NCBI GenBank assembly: GCA_019058315.1
Contig: JAHPZH010000007.1
Span: forward strand, 32,001-96,000
DNA: 64,000 nucleotides
From: Candidatus Helarchaeota archaeon
GTDB taxonomy: Archaea; Asgardarchaeota; Lokiarchaeia; Helarchaeales; RDOG01
Direction of reading: 5' to 3'
Shown piece by piece: positions 8,668 through 17,590 of this stretch. Both the position numbers and the translations under genes were made by a program. The notes beneath the pieces are model-generated. The model saw only the letters and a program-made list of their open reading frames with translations, was not told where the DNA came from and made no database searches. Every line of letters starts with the position of its first letter. Position 1 is the first letter of the stretch.

Positions 8668-9969
8668 TCATTTTAGAAAATTCGATAAAAACGTTTGATT
8701 CTTAAAAAAGAGGCGGTAATCAAATTTTTGCATGTTTTGTAATGTTTTTTTAGTTTTTCTCCCATATTTTTTTATAATATAGTTTTGCATCTCATCTGGG
8801 TCTACTGTATAAGGGACTTCAATCAAAATTATCCCATTTTCTTTACATATTTTTCTTTTTATTTGGTCTCTTTTTTGTTGTTTTTTGAATCTTTTTTCAG
8901 TGGAGTGGAAAAATGAGTTATATTCATAATGCTGTAATCCATTATATTCAAATGCTAGTTTTAATTCTCGATTATAGCCATCTAGATGCATTTTTTCAAT
9001 TTTATAATCTCCAAATTCAATTTGATATTTTTCCAAAATTGTTTTATCAAGAAAAACATCATTTAAGGTAGTCGTAGGAAATTCTTTTTCAAATATTGCT
9101 TCAAAATAGCACCGACAAATTCGTTCATTAAATCCTTTCATACAATTAGGACACCAATGCCCCCTTAGAACATGTGTAGGTCTTGCTTCCCAGATATTTT
9201 TACATGCTCCGCATTGCCATTTATATTTCATATTAACATAAATATATTTTTTAGATGTGGATATTTTAGATAAAAATTTCCCAGGATAACCAGTCTTTTC
9301 CAAACCTATATCATATGCTATTTTATGCATCTCTGTTATAGAATGTCTTGCTTTTCCAGAACATCTTGGACACCAAGAATCCCCTCTTCGGATATGATCT
9401 GCAGTTGTTTCCCAAATATAGCCGCATTTCCCACATTGCCACTCATATTTTGTGTCTGTATTAATGTATTCTTTTGATAAGAATTTTCCTGGCTTCCCCG
9501 TGTTTTTTATTCCCATATCATGGGCAGCCTTATACATGTCATCTATACTAAGTTGAAGATTTTTCGCACAATTTGGACACCAAGCCCCCCTTCTCACATG
9601 ATCTGCCCTTGATTCCCAAATATAATTACATTTTCCGCATTGCCATTCATATTTTGTGTTAACATTAATGTATTTTTTTGATAAGAATTTTCCTGGCTTT
9701 CCCGTCTTCTTTAGACCTACTTCATGGGCAGTTTTATGCATTTCATCTATAGTGAGCCTACGATTCCCAGCACAATTTGGACACCAGCCCCCTTGCTTTA
9801 CTGAATCTGCCGTAACTTTCCATATATAGTTGCATTTTCCGCATTGCCACTTGTATTTTGTTTTAATATCAATATATTTTTTTGATAAGAACTTTCCTGG
9901 CTTCCCTGTCTTTTTTATTCCTATATCATGAGCTGTTTTATGCATATTTTTTATATCATATTTTTTCAT
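8668..9969 (-). CDS. Four-repeat Zn-ribbon (treble-clef/DUF4379-like) protein with C-terminal PD-(D/E)xK (Vsr/DUF559-like) nuclease
   Basis: 4x KYxWQCGxCxxIW...WCPxC; C-terminal LDGYNRELKLAFEYNGLQHY...RDQIKRKICKENGIILIEVPY. ATG 9969 preferred over track TTG 9987 because an AGGTG SD precedes it. Confidence 0.8.
   Translation of the reverse strand: MKKYDIKNMHKTAHDIGIKKTGKPGKFLSKKYIDIKTKYKWQCGKCNYIWKVTADSVKQGGWCPNCAGNRRLTIDEMHKTAHEVGLKKTGKPGKFLSKKYINVNTKYEWQCGKCNYIWESRADHVRRGAWCPNCAKNLQLSIDDMYKAAHDMGIKNTGKPGKFLSKEYINTDTKYEWQCGKCGYIWETTADHIRRGDSWCPRCSGKARHSITEMHKIAYDIGLEKTGYPGKFLSKISTSKKYIYVNMKYKWQCGACKNIWEARPTHVLRGHWCPNCMKGFNERICRCYFEAIFEKEFPTTTLNDVFLDKTILEKYQIEFGDYKIEKMHLDGYNRELKLAFEYNGLQHYEYNSFFHSTEKRFKKQQKRDQIKRKICKENGIILIEVPYTVDPDEMQNYIIKKYGRKTKKTLQNMQKFDYRLFFKNQTFLSNFLK
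9140..9960 (-). repeat. Intragenic tandem repeat, 4 units of ~204-207 bp
   Basis: GATAAGAA(T/C)TTTCCTGGCTT at 9476, 9680 and 9884 (204-bp period), with a degenerate copy at 9269. Confidence 0.9.
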
Positions 9970-10220
9970 ATAAACACCTAATTTCAAGATTTTTTTACTT
10001 AATAATATTATAGAATGCGCAGAATATATGTTTTGTTATATATAAAGAAGAGTTTTTGCGCAAATTTAATTTAAGGGTTATTAATTTTTCCATTAATTTT
10101 CATTATCTATTTATAGAATTCCATTAGGTAATTCTGGGTCACTTAAAAGGAGTAATAACAAAATAGATAATATTCAATTAATTATTAAAAAAAAAGTAAT
10201 GGAAAATAAACAGTGAAGAT

Positions 10221-11096
10221 CTAAAAATTGAAAAACTGGGGAGCCATCTTCATTCGAGCAGCTATTTCATAGACTCCCCATGCCCCACAGCCCCCATGGC
10301 CTAAACAATCTACATCATTCCCATAACAACAGAAGGGTTGCTCAAATCCATTATCTCCAAGATACATGGGAACAAAAAATCTCTTTATTGGGCAATTCTT
10401 AATTATTTCTGGTGCATTTTGAGATAACATAAGTTCAAATGCTAACTCTTTATTAAGAATATATTTTGGATATTTCTTTTTTAAAGCAATTACTTTTTTT
10501 ATCACTGGATCTCGTTCTTTTAAAGTTTTCCAGCCCAGATCTGATGTATCGTTCTTTCTCGGAACATAAAAAGAGAAAATAATACCTCTAATAGGAGTTT
10601 CCTTACGTAAAATCTCGATTATTTCTTCAAAGCAATCCTCATTCTTTTTTGTAATTACGCATTGGCTTTGAAGGTCTCCTTCAAAATCGTCTGGTAGATT
10701 ATTTAGATTAGCTATAACTTTTTTAAAGGTCCCTTTTCCCCGAACTTCATCATTTACTTCTTCTGGACCATCTATTGAAACACACCATTTTGTTTTTTTT
10801 CCCAAATTTATTAATGGGAGAGTTCCATTTGTGGTAATAACATTTCTGGAGAATATTTTTATCCCTGGTCTTAATACATCTTTTCTTAATAATGGCTCAC
10901 CCCCCATCCAAACCATTGAGAAGATACCATAGTGGTTTCTGTATTTTTTAATTTCTTTTAACATGACTTCTGTAGGCATTTCGCTTTCTTTAGTTGGTAT
11001 GTTTGGGTTTCCCTCCCTAAAAACAAAGCAATGTTTGCATCTTAGGTTACATCTATTAGTTACATTTATCATAGCCATTGGGCGGAATTCTTTCAT
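10221..11096 (-). CDS. Radical SAM protein with Cys-rich C-terminus
   Basis: CNLRCKHC, GGEPLL, TTNG, VSIDG motifs. Confidence 0.9.
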   Translation of the reverse strand: MKEFRPMAMINVTNRCNLRCKHCFVFREGNPNIPTKESEMPTEVMLKEIKKYRNHYGIFSMVWMGGEPLLRKDVLRPGIKIFSRNVITTNGTLPLINLGKKTKWCVSIDGPEEVNDEVRGKGTFKKVIANLNNLPDDFEGDLQSQCVITKKNEDCFEEIIEILRKETPIRGIIFSFYVPRKNDTSDLGWKTLKERDPVIKKVIALKKKYPKYILNKELAFELMLSQNAPEIIKNCPIKRFFVPMYLGDNGFEQPFCCYGNDVDCLGHGGCGAWGVYEIAARMKMAPQFFNF

Positions 11097-11229
11097 TTTT
11101 TACACCCTTTTAAGTTAAATTTATTATAAATATTTATGATTTGAACTTACTTATCAATTTAAAATAAGCAGAATTCTATTAAATTACTTTTTGTAAATTT
11201 TAAAATTTAGAAAATGTGTTGTAATCTAT

Positions 11230-12393
11230 ATGAGCCAATTAAATTTCACAACCTTATTGCTCCGATATGGAGAGATATCATTAAAGAGTGATAAAGTTCG
11301 AAGAAGGTTTGAAAAGAAATTAGAAGAGAATATAAAGTATGTTCTAGATAAAGAAAAAATTTCATATAAACTTGAACGTCTCCCATTGCAAGGAAGGTTC
11401 TATGTTCACACAGAAAAAATTGAAGAAACCGCAAAAATTCTCTCAGAAACATTTGGAATAGTATCAATAAGTCCGGTTAAAAAAGTTAGCTCCAAACTTT
11501 CAGCTATTTTGGATGAAATATTAAATTTTTCAGACATTTTAATTAAGAATAATAACACATTTGCGATACGTGTAAGACGCTCTGGGCAGCATGAATATAC
11601 ATCGCAAGATGTAGCCAATCAAGTTGGGGATTTTATAAACAAGAAATTTGATAAAAGAAATATTAAAGTGGATTTAACTAAACCTGATGTAACTATTTTT
11701 ATAGAGATAAGGGATGAATGGGCTTATATTTTCAAAGATATTATTGAGGGGTTAGGTGGTTTTCCATATAATTCACAAGATAATCTTGTTTCTCTCTTTT
11801 TTGGTGATTTTAATAGTTTTATCTCTACTTGGCTTATGTTTCGTAAGGGTTGTAGAGTTATACCGATATTTTTTAATTTTTCGATGTTTACAAATCAAAA
11901 TCTTTCAGATCAAATAATAGAAATGGCCCAAAATCTGAAAAAATACATAAATACGGACAAATTTTATATTTACGAAATTCCGGATTGTAAAAAATTAATT
12001 AAATCAAATAAATCTATAGAAAATGTAAATTTTTTTCAAATTAACCTCCAATTAATGTTTCTAGTAGCCGAAAGAATCGCTATTTCAGAAAATGCAAAGG
12101 GAATAGTTACTTATCATACGTTTTCTGATATTTTCAACCTAAAAGATTTAAGTATTATAGAAAATTCGGTAAAATTCCCAATTTTTAAACCTTTATTAGG
12201 AAAAAATTTAGACAATTTAAATGAATTAACTGATAAATTTGAAAATATTCCTTTTATCAATAAAAAAAATCTGCATTTGCATTTCAATGAAAAAGAAAAG
12301 ATAAAATTTCAGCATCTTAACAAATCAGAAATTAATTCAATACAAGATATTGTGGAAAAATTAGTTAAAAGTGCTAAAAAAATAGAAATTTAA
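11230..12393 (+). CDS. thiI: ThiI-like THUMP-domain protein with degenerate PP-loop
   Basis: RYGEISLKS N-terminus, THUMP (TFAIRVRR...VDLTKPD), GLGGFP; SGGxDS replaced by FGDFNS. Confidence 0.75.
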   Translation: MSQLNFTTLLLRYGEISLKSDKVRRRFEKKLEENIKYVLDKEKISYKLERLPLQGRFYVHTEKIEETAKILSETFGIVSISPVKKVSSKLSAILDEILNFSDILIKNNNTFAIRVRRSGQHEYTSQDVANQVGDFINKKFDKRNIKVDLTKPDVTIFIEIRDEWAYIFKDIIEGLGGFPYNSQDNLVSLFFGDFNSFISTWLMFRKGCRVIPIFFNFSMFTNQNLSDQIIEMAQNLKKYINTDKFYIYEIPDCKKLIKSNKSIENVNFFQINLQLMFLVAERIAISENAKGIVTYHTFSDIFNLKDLSIIENSVKFPIFKPLLGKNLDNLNELTDKFENIPFINKKNLHLHFNEKEKIKFQHLNKSEINSIQDIVEKLVKSAKKIEI

Positions 12394-12395
12394 TG

Positions 12396-13256
12396 TTATT
12401 TAGTTTCAATAAATTCTAAATTGATGTTTAAAGATTTGGATGAATGAATTAGATATCCCATAGAGATGACATCAGGACTAAGTTTTGCATATTTTTTGAC
12501 ATTATTTTTATTAATTCCTCCAGAAAATTCGATTGTAACTTTATCACGTAATCCCTTGTCTTCTAACAGCTTTAAAGCTTCTGCAGCTTTTTCTGGGGTA
12601 AAATTATCAAACATTATTATATCAGCTTCAGCGTTTGCGGCTTCCATTACTTGATCAATTGTTTCAACTTCAACCTCAATTTTCTTTGAAAAACTTATTT
12701 CTTTTCTAATTTTTTCAACTGCTTTTTTAATATCCCCAAAAATGCTTAGGTGGTTATCTTTTACCATAATTTCATCGTCTAAATTGAATCTATGTGTATC
12801 ACCGCCCCCTAAGCTAACCGCTCGTTTTTCAAAATATTGAAAACCTGGTGTTACTTTCCTCGTACAGGCAATTCTCGTTATTTTATTTATTCCACGAACT
12901 ATTTTTATTACTGAATTTGTTTCAGTAGCAATTCCACTCATTCTCATAAGTATATTAAGAGCAGTTCTTTCTGCAGTTAAAATGTCTTTAGCTCGTCCTT
13001 TAATTCTTAAGATTGTCTGGTCTTTTTTTACCGCACTACCATCTTTGATATTATCAAGTATTTTTATATTCATTAATTCAAAAACCATTTTTGCCTCTTG
13101 TATCCCGGCTACTACTCCATTTTCTCGAGCTTTAATTTCAGCTGTGGCTTGTATATTATCTTGTATAAGTGTATTGGTAGTGATATCTCCAAATCCTACA
13201 TCAACTTCTAAAAATTCTTTAATAATTTTTCTTAAAATTGTTTTTGGTAATTCCAT
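12396..13256 (-). CDS. nadC: Nicotinate-nucleotide pyrophosphorylase (QPRTase)
   Basis: GDITT, AERTALN, TRKVTPG, HRFNLDD, KDNH, IEVEVE, IMFDN. Confidence 0.95.
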   Translation of the reverse strand: MELPKTILRKIIKEFLEVDVGFGDITTNTLIQDNIQATAEIKARENGVVAGIQEAKMVFELMNIKILDNIKDGSAVKKDQTILRIKGRAKDILTAERTALNILMRMSGIATETNSVIKIVRGINKITRIACTRKVTPGFQYFEKRAVSLGGGDTHRFNLDDEIMVKDNHLSIFGDIKKAVEKIRKEISFSKKIEVEVETIDQVMEAANAEADIIMFDNFTPEKAAEALKLLEDKGLRDKVTIEFSGGINKNNVKKYAKLSPDVISMGYLIHSSKSLNINLEFIETK

Positions 13257-13291
13257 ACTAATTCACTATCCATGCCTTAATATCTCCAATT

Positions 13292-13915
13292 TTAACCCTC
13301 TCCAATATCTCTACGAACAACTTCCCCTTGAGGTGTTTCTTCTTCAAAAATTTCCGCTTGAAAACTTGATATTTTTACATTTCTCTCCTTCCAGGTGTTC
13401 GATGGAAGCCAAGCCTTCTGCATTAAATGAGCCAAATAAGTCTTAACATCCCACTTCCAATCTACAGGAACTTGGGGTAATAATAAACCGCTATAACCAC
13501 CATACTCAACAATCAAACCGTCTCTACCTATCTTAATCTTCTCTAAATATTCATCTGGATTATTTACTTTAATTTCTTCTGGTGGAGTTAAAGCACTTAC
13601 TTCAACTATAATATTGTTTAATTCTTTTTCTTTAACACGTGAAAATCTTGAATCTTTCGTTGCGGAACTTATGCTTGATTCAATAACAGCTTCTATGAGT
13701 GGGTGGTAAGGTAGTGGATAACCTATACAGCCTCTCAATTCCTTTTCAGGACCAGATCCCTTCAACTTTCTTAAAGTTACAAAAACACCAGCTTTCTCTT
13801 TTAATTTTTCAGAAATATCTTGAGGTATCTCAACTTTTTTCCCTGTCTTTATATAGGATTCAATATTCTTTCTGGCCAACTTTACTAAAAATTTTCCCTC
13901 TTCTAAAGAAAGCAT
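13292..13915 (-). CDS. AMMECR1-family (TIGR00296) protein
   Basis: GVFVTL...LRGCIG, DSRF, GRDGL, GLLLPQV, FQAEIFEE. Confidence 0.92.
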   Translation of the reverse strand: MLSLEEGKFLVKLARKNIESYIKTGKKVEIPQDISEKLKEKAGVFVTLRKLKGSGPEKELRGCIGYPLPYHPLIEAVIESSISSATKDSRFSRVKEKELNNIIVEVSALTPPEEIKVNNPDEYLEKIKIGRDGLIVEYGGYSGLLLPQVPVDWKWDVKTYLAHLMQKAWLPSNTWKERNVKISSFQAEIFEEETPQGEVVRRDIGEG

Positions 13916-14104
13916 AATTTATCACCAGAAAAAAACTCTACCGTTTTATCAAATTTAAAATATGACGATTTTTAAACTATAATTTATTCTGAAAATAATA
14001 AAAAGTTCCTAATAAAAATTCAAAAATATCATAAAAATTAAAAAATATGAAGTGATTTCAAACTAAATTCGGAAATAAACGACGATTTAAAGGAGATAGT
14101 TAAA

Positions 14105-14836
14105 CTGAAGATAAATCCCCCAACTTTGGAAGCCATCATCTTCTCAGGTGGTGGCGGACTCGTGATTCGAAAGCAAAAAATTAAAATAACTCCTGGAATG
14201 AATTACTTCGAAATTATGGACGTACCAGCTTCCTATGATCCCGAACAAGTCATCGCTGAATTAGAAGGAGAAAATGTAAATAATGTAAAAATCACCCAAT
14301 TGAGTCTAAAATTGCCAGATAGAACGATTGTAAATATGGTAATTCAACGTGAAAGAAATGCTTCTAATAACATAATATCAAGTGCAACGGATCTTCGAGC
14401 AGAATCCCGAAAGGAAATTTTAGCTATTTGTGAATCAGCATATTATAGACAATATGAAGACATGCTTGGAGAATTAAATATTACAGTTCAATCCGATATT
14501 CAAGGAGAAATAAATTTATCCATTAAATATTTCTTCAATGACACCCGAATTCGCTGGAAACCGGGAGTTCAAGTAGATTTGGACGAAAAAACCAATAATG
14601 CAAGAATAATTGGATATATAAATGTCGATAACAATTCAGATCTTCTTTTAGAAAACGTTGAATTGAAATTTGCAGAATTTGATCTTGCAGAAGCTCCTGT
14701 CGGTGAGAATGAAGATGAATTTGATTTTGAAGGAGAAGAAGAATTTGGTGAAGCACCAAGAGCAGCACCGGGAAGACCAGCGGCTAAGAAAAAGGTTTAT
14801 AAAAGAGTTCAACGATTAAAACAACTTTTAGCGTGA
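14105..14836 (+). CDS. DUF4140-like N-terminal-half protein, paralog 1 (probable CTG start)
   Basis: Highly similar to 14892..15596; in-frame CTG at 14105 gives (M)KINPPTLEAIIFSGGGG matching the paralog start; AGGAG SD at 14091-14095. Confidence 0.7.
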   Translation: MKINPPTLEAIIFSGGGGLVIRKQKIKITPGMNYFEIMDVPASYDPEQVIAELEGENVNNVKITQLSLKLPDRTIVNMVIQRERNASNNIISSATDLRAESRKEILAICESAYYRQYEDMLGELNITVQSDIQGEINLSIKYFFNDTRIRWKPGVQVDLDEKTNNARIIGYINVDNNSDLLLENVELKFAEFDLAEAPVGENEDEFDFEGEEEFGEAPRAAPGRPAAKKKVYKRVQRLKQLLA

Positions 14837-14891
14837 AGAAAAGATGATAAAAATGAGGGAACTTTAAATTGACCAAATGGAGGATCTTTAA

Positions 14892-15596
14892 ATGAAAATT
14901 AATCCACCAATAACAGATGCCATCATCTTTTCTGGTGGTGGCGGACTAGTAATTAGAAAGCAAAAAACTAAGGTTTCGCCAGGAAAAAATAATTTTGAAA
15001 TAATGGACGTACCTGCAAGTTTCGATCCAGAGCAAGTTATTGTAGAAATTGTAAGTGAATTTCAAGATAAAGTCAAACTAAGTCAATTAAGCATTAAACT
15101 GCCAGATAAAACAATTGTCAACATGGGTATTTCACGAGAAAGAACGGCTTCCAATAACATAATCACTAACGCGACTGATTTGAGAGCGGAATCAAGAAAA
15201 AAAATACTTGCCATTTGTGAATCTGCATATTATAGGCAATATGAAGATATGTTTGGAGAGATCGATGTTGTAGTGACCTCAGAAGTAGATACCGAAATCG
15301 ATCTTACTTTAAAATACTTCATTATAGATTTGCGAATTCGTTGGAAACCCGGAGTTCAGGTAGACTTGGATGAAAAAAACAATTCTGCCAAGATAGTAGG
15401 TTACATTAATGTTGATAACAATTCGGATTTCATTTTTGAAAATGTAGAGCTAGAATTTGCGGAATTCGACCTTGCCCCTACTCCTGTCATGCCTGTCGGC
15501 GGTGAAGCTGAGCAAGTAGCATTTGCTCAAATGCAAATACCTGCTAATGAAAATATTTTGAGAAATGTTCGACGATTAAAAAGGAGATTTAAGTGA
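14892..15596 (+). CDS. DUF4140-like N-terminal-half protein, paralog 2
   Basis: AIIFSGGGGLVIR, LxLKYF..IRWKP.V.VDL...GYINVDNNS..FENVEL pattern resembles DUF4140 and the start of DUF4139. Confidence 0.65.
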   Translation: MKINPPITDAIIFSGGGGLVIRKQKTKVSPGKNNFEIMDVPASFDPEQVIVEIVSEFQDKVKLSQLSIKLPDKTIVNMGISRERTASNNIITNATDLRAESRKKILAICESAYYRQYEDMFGEIDVVVTSEVDTEIDLTLKYFIIDLRIRWKPGVQVDLDEKNNSAKIVGYINVDNNSDFIFENVELEFAEFDLAPTPVMPVGGEAEQVAFAQMQIPANENILRNVRRLKRRFK

Positions 15597-15606
15597 GGTT
15601 ATTAAT

Positions 15607-16272
15607 ATGAAAGCAACTTTATATCCCAGAAAAAAAATTAGATTAGAATGGTTTAAATTTGAAAGTGTTCCTTTCGAGATAAACCGAGAAACAGAAATAA
15701 AATATGCTGTTTCCTCGGCTCAATACGATAAATTAACCCATATGACGAAAATCCAGTATATATTTAATAATCTAAATAAAGATATTCCCCAAACTGACCT
15801 AATTGTCATGGAAAAAGGCCTACCAACTCTTTATTCAAGAACACCAGGATCAGTTGCAGGAAAATTATCTTCCGAAAAACATGACGACACTAGTATAGAA
15901 ATAAATGATTTATTAGTTAAAGTTGAGCGAGGAAAAGAAGAAATAAAAAGAGAACCACCAGAACATCCTGATCCAAGGATTAAAGAAATAGAAACCCGTA
16001 GAAGAAAAGATCTCATTCAAAGAAAAATTACCTTAAAAAATATTTCAAATAAGCGCGTTCAAAATTTAAAATTAAAGTATATTGAAGTTAAGGAAGTTCG
16101 CTACGAATCATCTGTTCCAGAACCTACGAAAAAAGACTTACCCGAATATATATGGGAAATTTCTTTGGATCCTGATCAAAGTACCTCAGTAGAATTAAGT
16201 GTGGTCGTAGAAATCGTGAAGACATTCAGGATTGAGAAAGAACCAGTAGTAAGATCTCAAAAATTTGAATAA
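15607..16272 (+). CDS. Hypothetical protein resembling the DUF4139 C-terminal half
   Basis: RKITLKNIS...YIWEISLDPDQSTSVELSVVVE; 10 bp downstream of the paralog pair. Confidence 0.55.
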   Translation: MKATLYPRKKIRLEWFKFESVPFEINRETEIKYAVSSAQYDKLTHMTKIQYIFNNLNKDIPQTDLIVMEKGLPTLYSRTPGSVAGKLSSEKHDDTSIEINDLLVKVERGKEEIKREPPEHPDPRIKEIETRRRKDLIQRKITLKNISNKRVQNLKLKYIEVKEVRYESSVPEPTKKDLPEYIWEISLDPDQSTSVELSVVVEIVKTFRIEKEPVVRSQKFE

Positions 16273-16381
16273 TATTCCAATAAATTCTTTTTTTTTATTT
16301 TAGTCTAGATAATTCCTAATTCTTTTAATTTTCTATAATATTTTTTCGAATTTTATTAAATAGAAAAAAAAGTTAGAGATT

Positions 16382-16972
16382 TTATGATGTTTCCATCATT
16401 TCATGACGTATCCATAGAATCAGAACAACGCATAAAGGAACGCCAAAGATAAGTAAATCCCAAAGGATTGCGGAAATCCAAGAAAACACAAGATATTCAA
16501 TGCTCCAAGTTATAAAAGGAGTATTCCAATTATTTTCAACATAAATTATGATAAGCCACGTTAAAAATATCAGAAACGAGAATACTCCACCACCACTACC
16601 ACCTGTCATTCGTTGGCGATACCCTTTTTTCTTTGGTTCTCCCTTATATTCTTCCTTCTCCTCATCAGGTAATTTTCTCCACCACTGTATGAATACAACC
16701 GCAACAAATACAATAACTGGAATTCCAATGAATAAAAATTCCCAGAGAATCACATTTAATATAAAAGTTATTACAGAACCTATCGTCCATAAGCTTAAGC
16801 TCCGTGGTACTAGTCTAGTTGATAGTGCATTTGGTAGGATGAACCATAAAAATAACAAAAGCCCGCATATAGCAGCTACACTGACTCCAGCTATAATTAT
16901 TAACATCATCTTCCAGTGATTTTTGAAGAATTTTATCCATACTTCATCTTTGATATCTTCATTATTTGCCAT
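16382..16972 (-). CDS. Membrane protein, about 4 TM helices
   Basis: Four hydrophobic segments, Trp-rich, charged loop. Confidence 0.8.
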   Translation of the reverse strand: MANNEDIKDEVWIKFFKNHWKMMLIIIAGVSVAAICGLLLFLWFILPNALSTRLVPRSLSLWTIGSVITFILNVILWEFLFIGIPVIVFVAVVFIQWWRKLPDEEKEEYKGEPKKKGYRQRMTGGSGGGVFSFLIFLTWLIIIYVENNWNTPFITWSIEYLVFSWISAILWDLLIFGVPLCVVLILWIRHEMMETS

Positions 16973-17085
16973 TTAAAATCCCTTCTATTATAAGATTTAT
17001 GACGATTAATATAAAACAAATAATTTACTTAAAAATTATTTTTTGTGCAAAAATGAAAATCTCTAATAAATTCTAATATTGTAAT

Positions 17086-17583
17086 TTAACCTAGAGTTTT
17101 TCTAATTTCTTTAATCTTTTCTAATGTTTTTTCGAAATTTATCCAGTGGTGACCTTTATAGTAAACTTTTTTACAAGAATCATTTGTACAAATCCAAAAT
17201 TCGTCAAAAAGGTCATAAGTGGATTGAGGAACTTGCTCTTTTATTTCTGATTTATTTACTGAAACAATCTCATAATTACATGTAGGACATCGAGATATTT
17301 TAGGGTCAATAATTAGATCAATATCATATTTTTTGGATAAAATAGCTAGATTTTTTATATAATTCCCCTTCAGAAATAAAACTGGTATTTTTTTATTTTT
17401 GGCTCTTTCAACTAATATTTCGTCCTTTGTGAGTAGAATTCTATTTTTATTTTTTGCTATTTCTAAAAATTGGTCGTCATCTATACTATTGTCGTATAAT
17501 GTATCATAACCTAATAGTCGTAGCCATTTAGCAGTTCTTCCAAACATAGAGTCACAAATAAATGTAATAATATAAAACACCAA
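17086..17583 (-). CDS. Mut7-C RNase domain protein
   Basis: DSMFGRTAKWLRLLGYDT, RILLTKD, SRCPTCN, FWIC..CKKVYYKGHHW. Confidence 0.92.
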   Translation of the reverse strand: MVFYIITFICDSMFGRTAKWLRLLGYDTLYDNSIDDDQFLEIAKNKNRILLTKDEILVERAKNKKIPVLFLKGNYIKNLAILSKKYDIDLIIDPKISRCPTCNYEIVSVNKSEIKEQVPQSTYDLFDEFWICTNDSCKKVYYKGHHWINFEKTLEKIKEIRKTLG

Positions 17584-17590
17584 AATTTTG

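Noticed and set aside
9140-9960. 204-bp repeats as CRISPR or non-coding repeats
   Set aside because: In-frame coding repeats with no unique spacers
1-10200. CRISPR array, cas2 or cas operon near the Cas1 domain
   Set aside because: No regularly spaced repeat-spacer pattern or other cas gene seen in the window; the region left of position 1 cannot be assessed
1-10200. Canonical casposon
   Set aside because: No family B polymerase or demonstrable terminal inverted repeat pair is visible, and the Cas1 architecture differs from casposases
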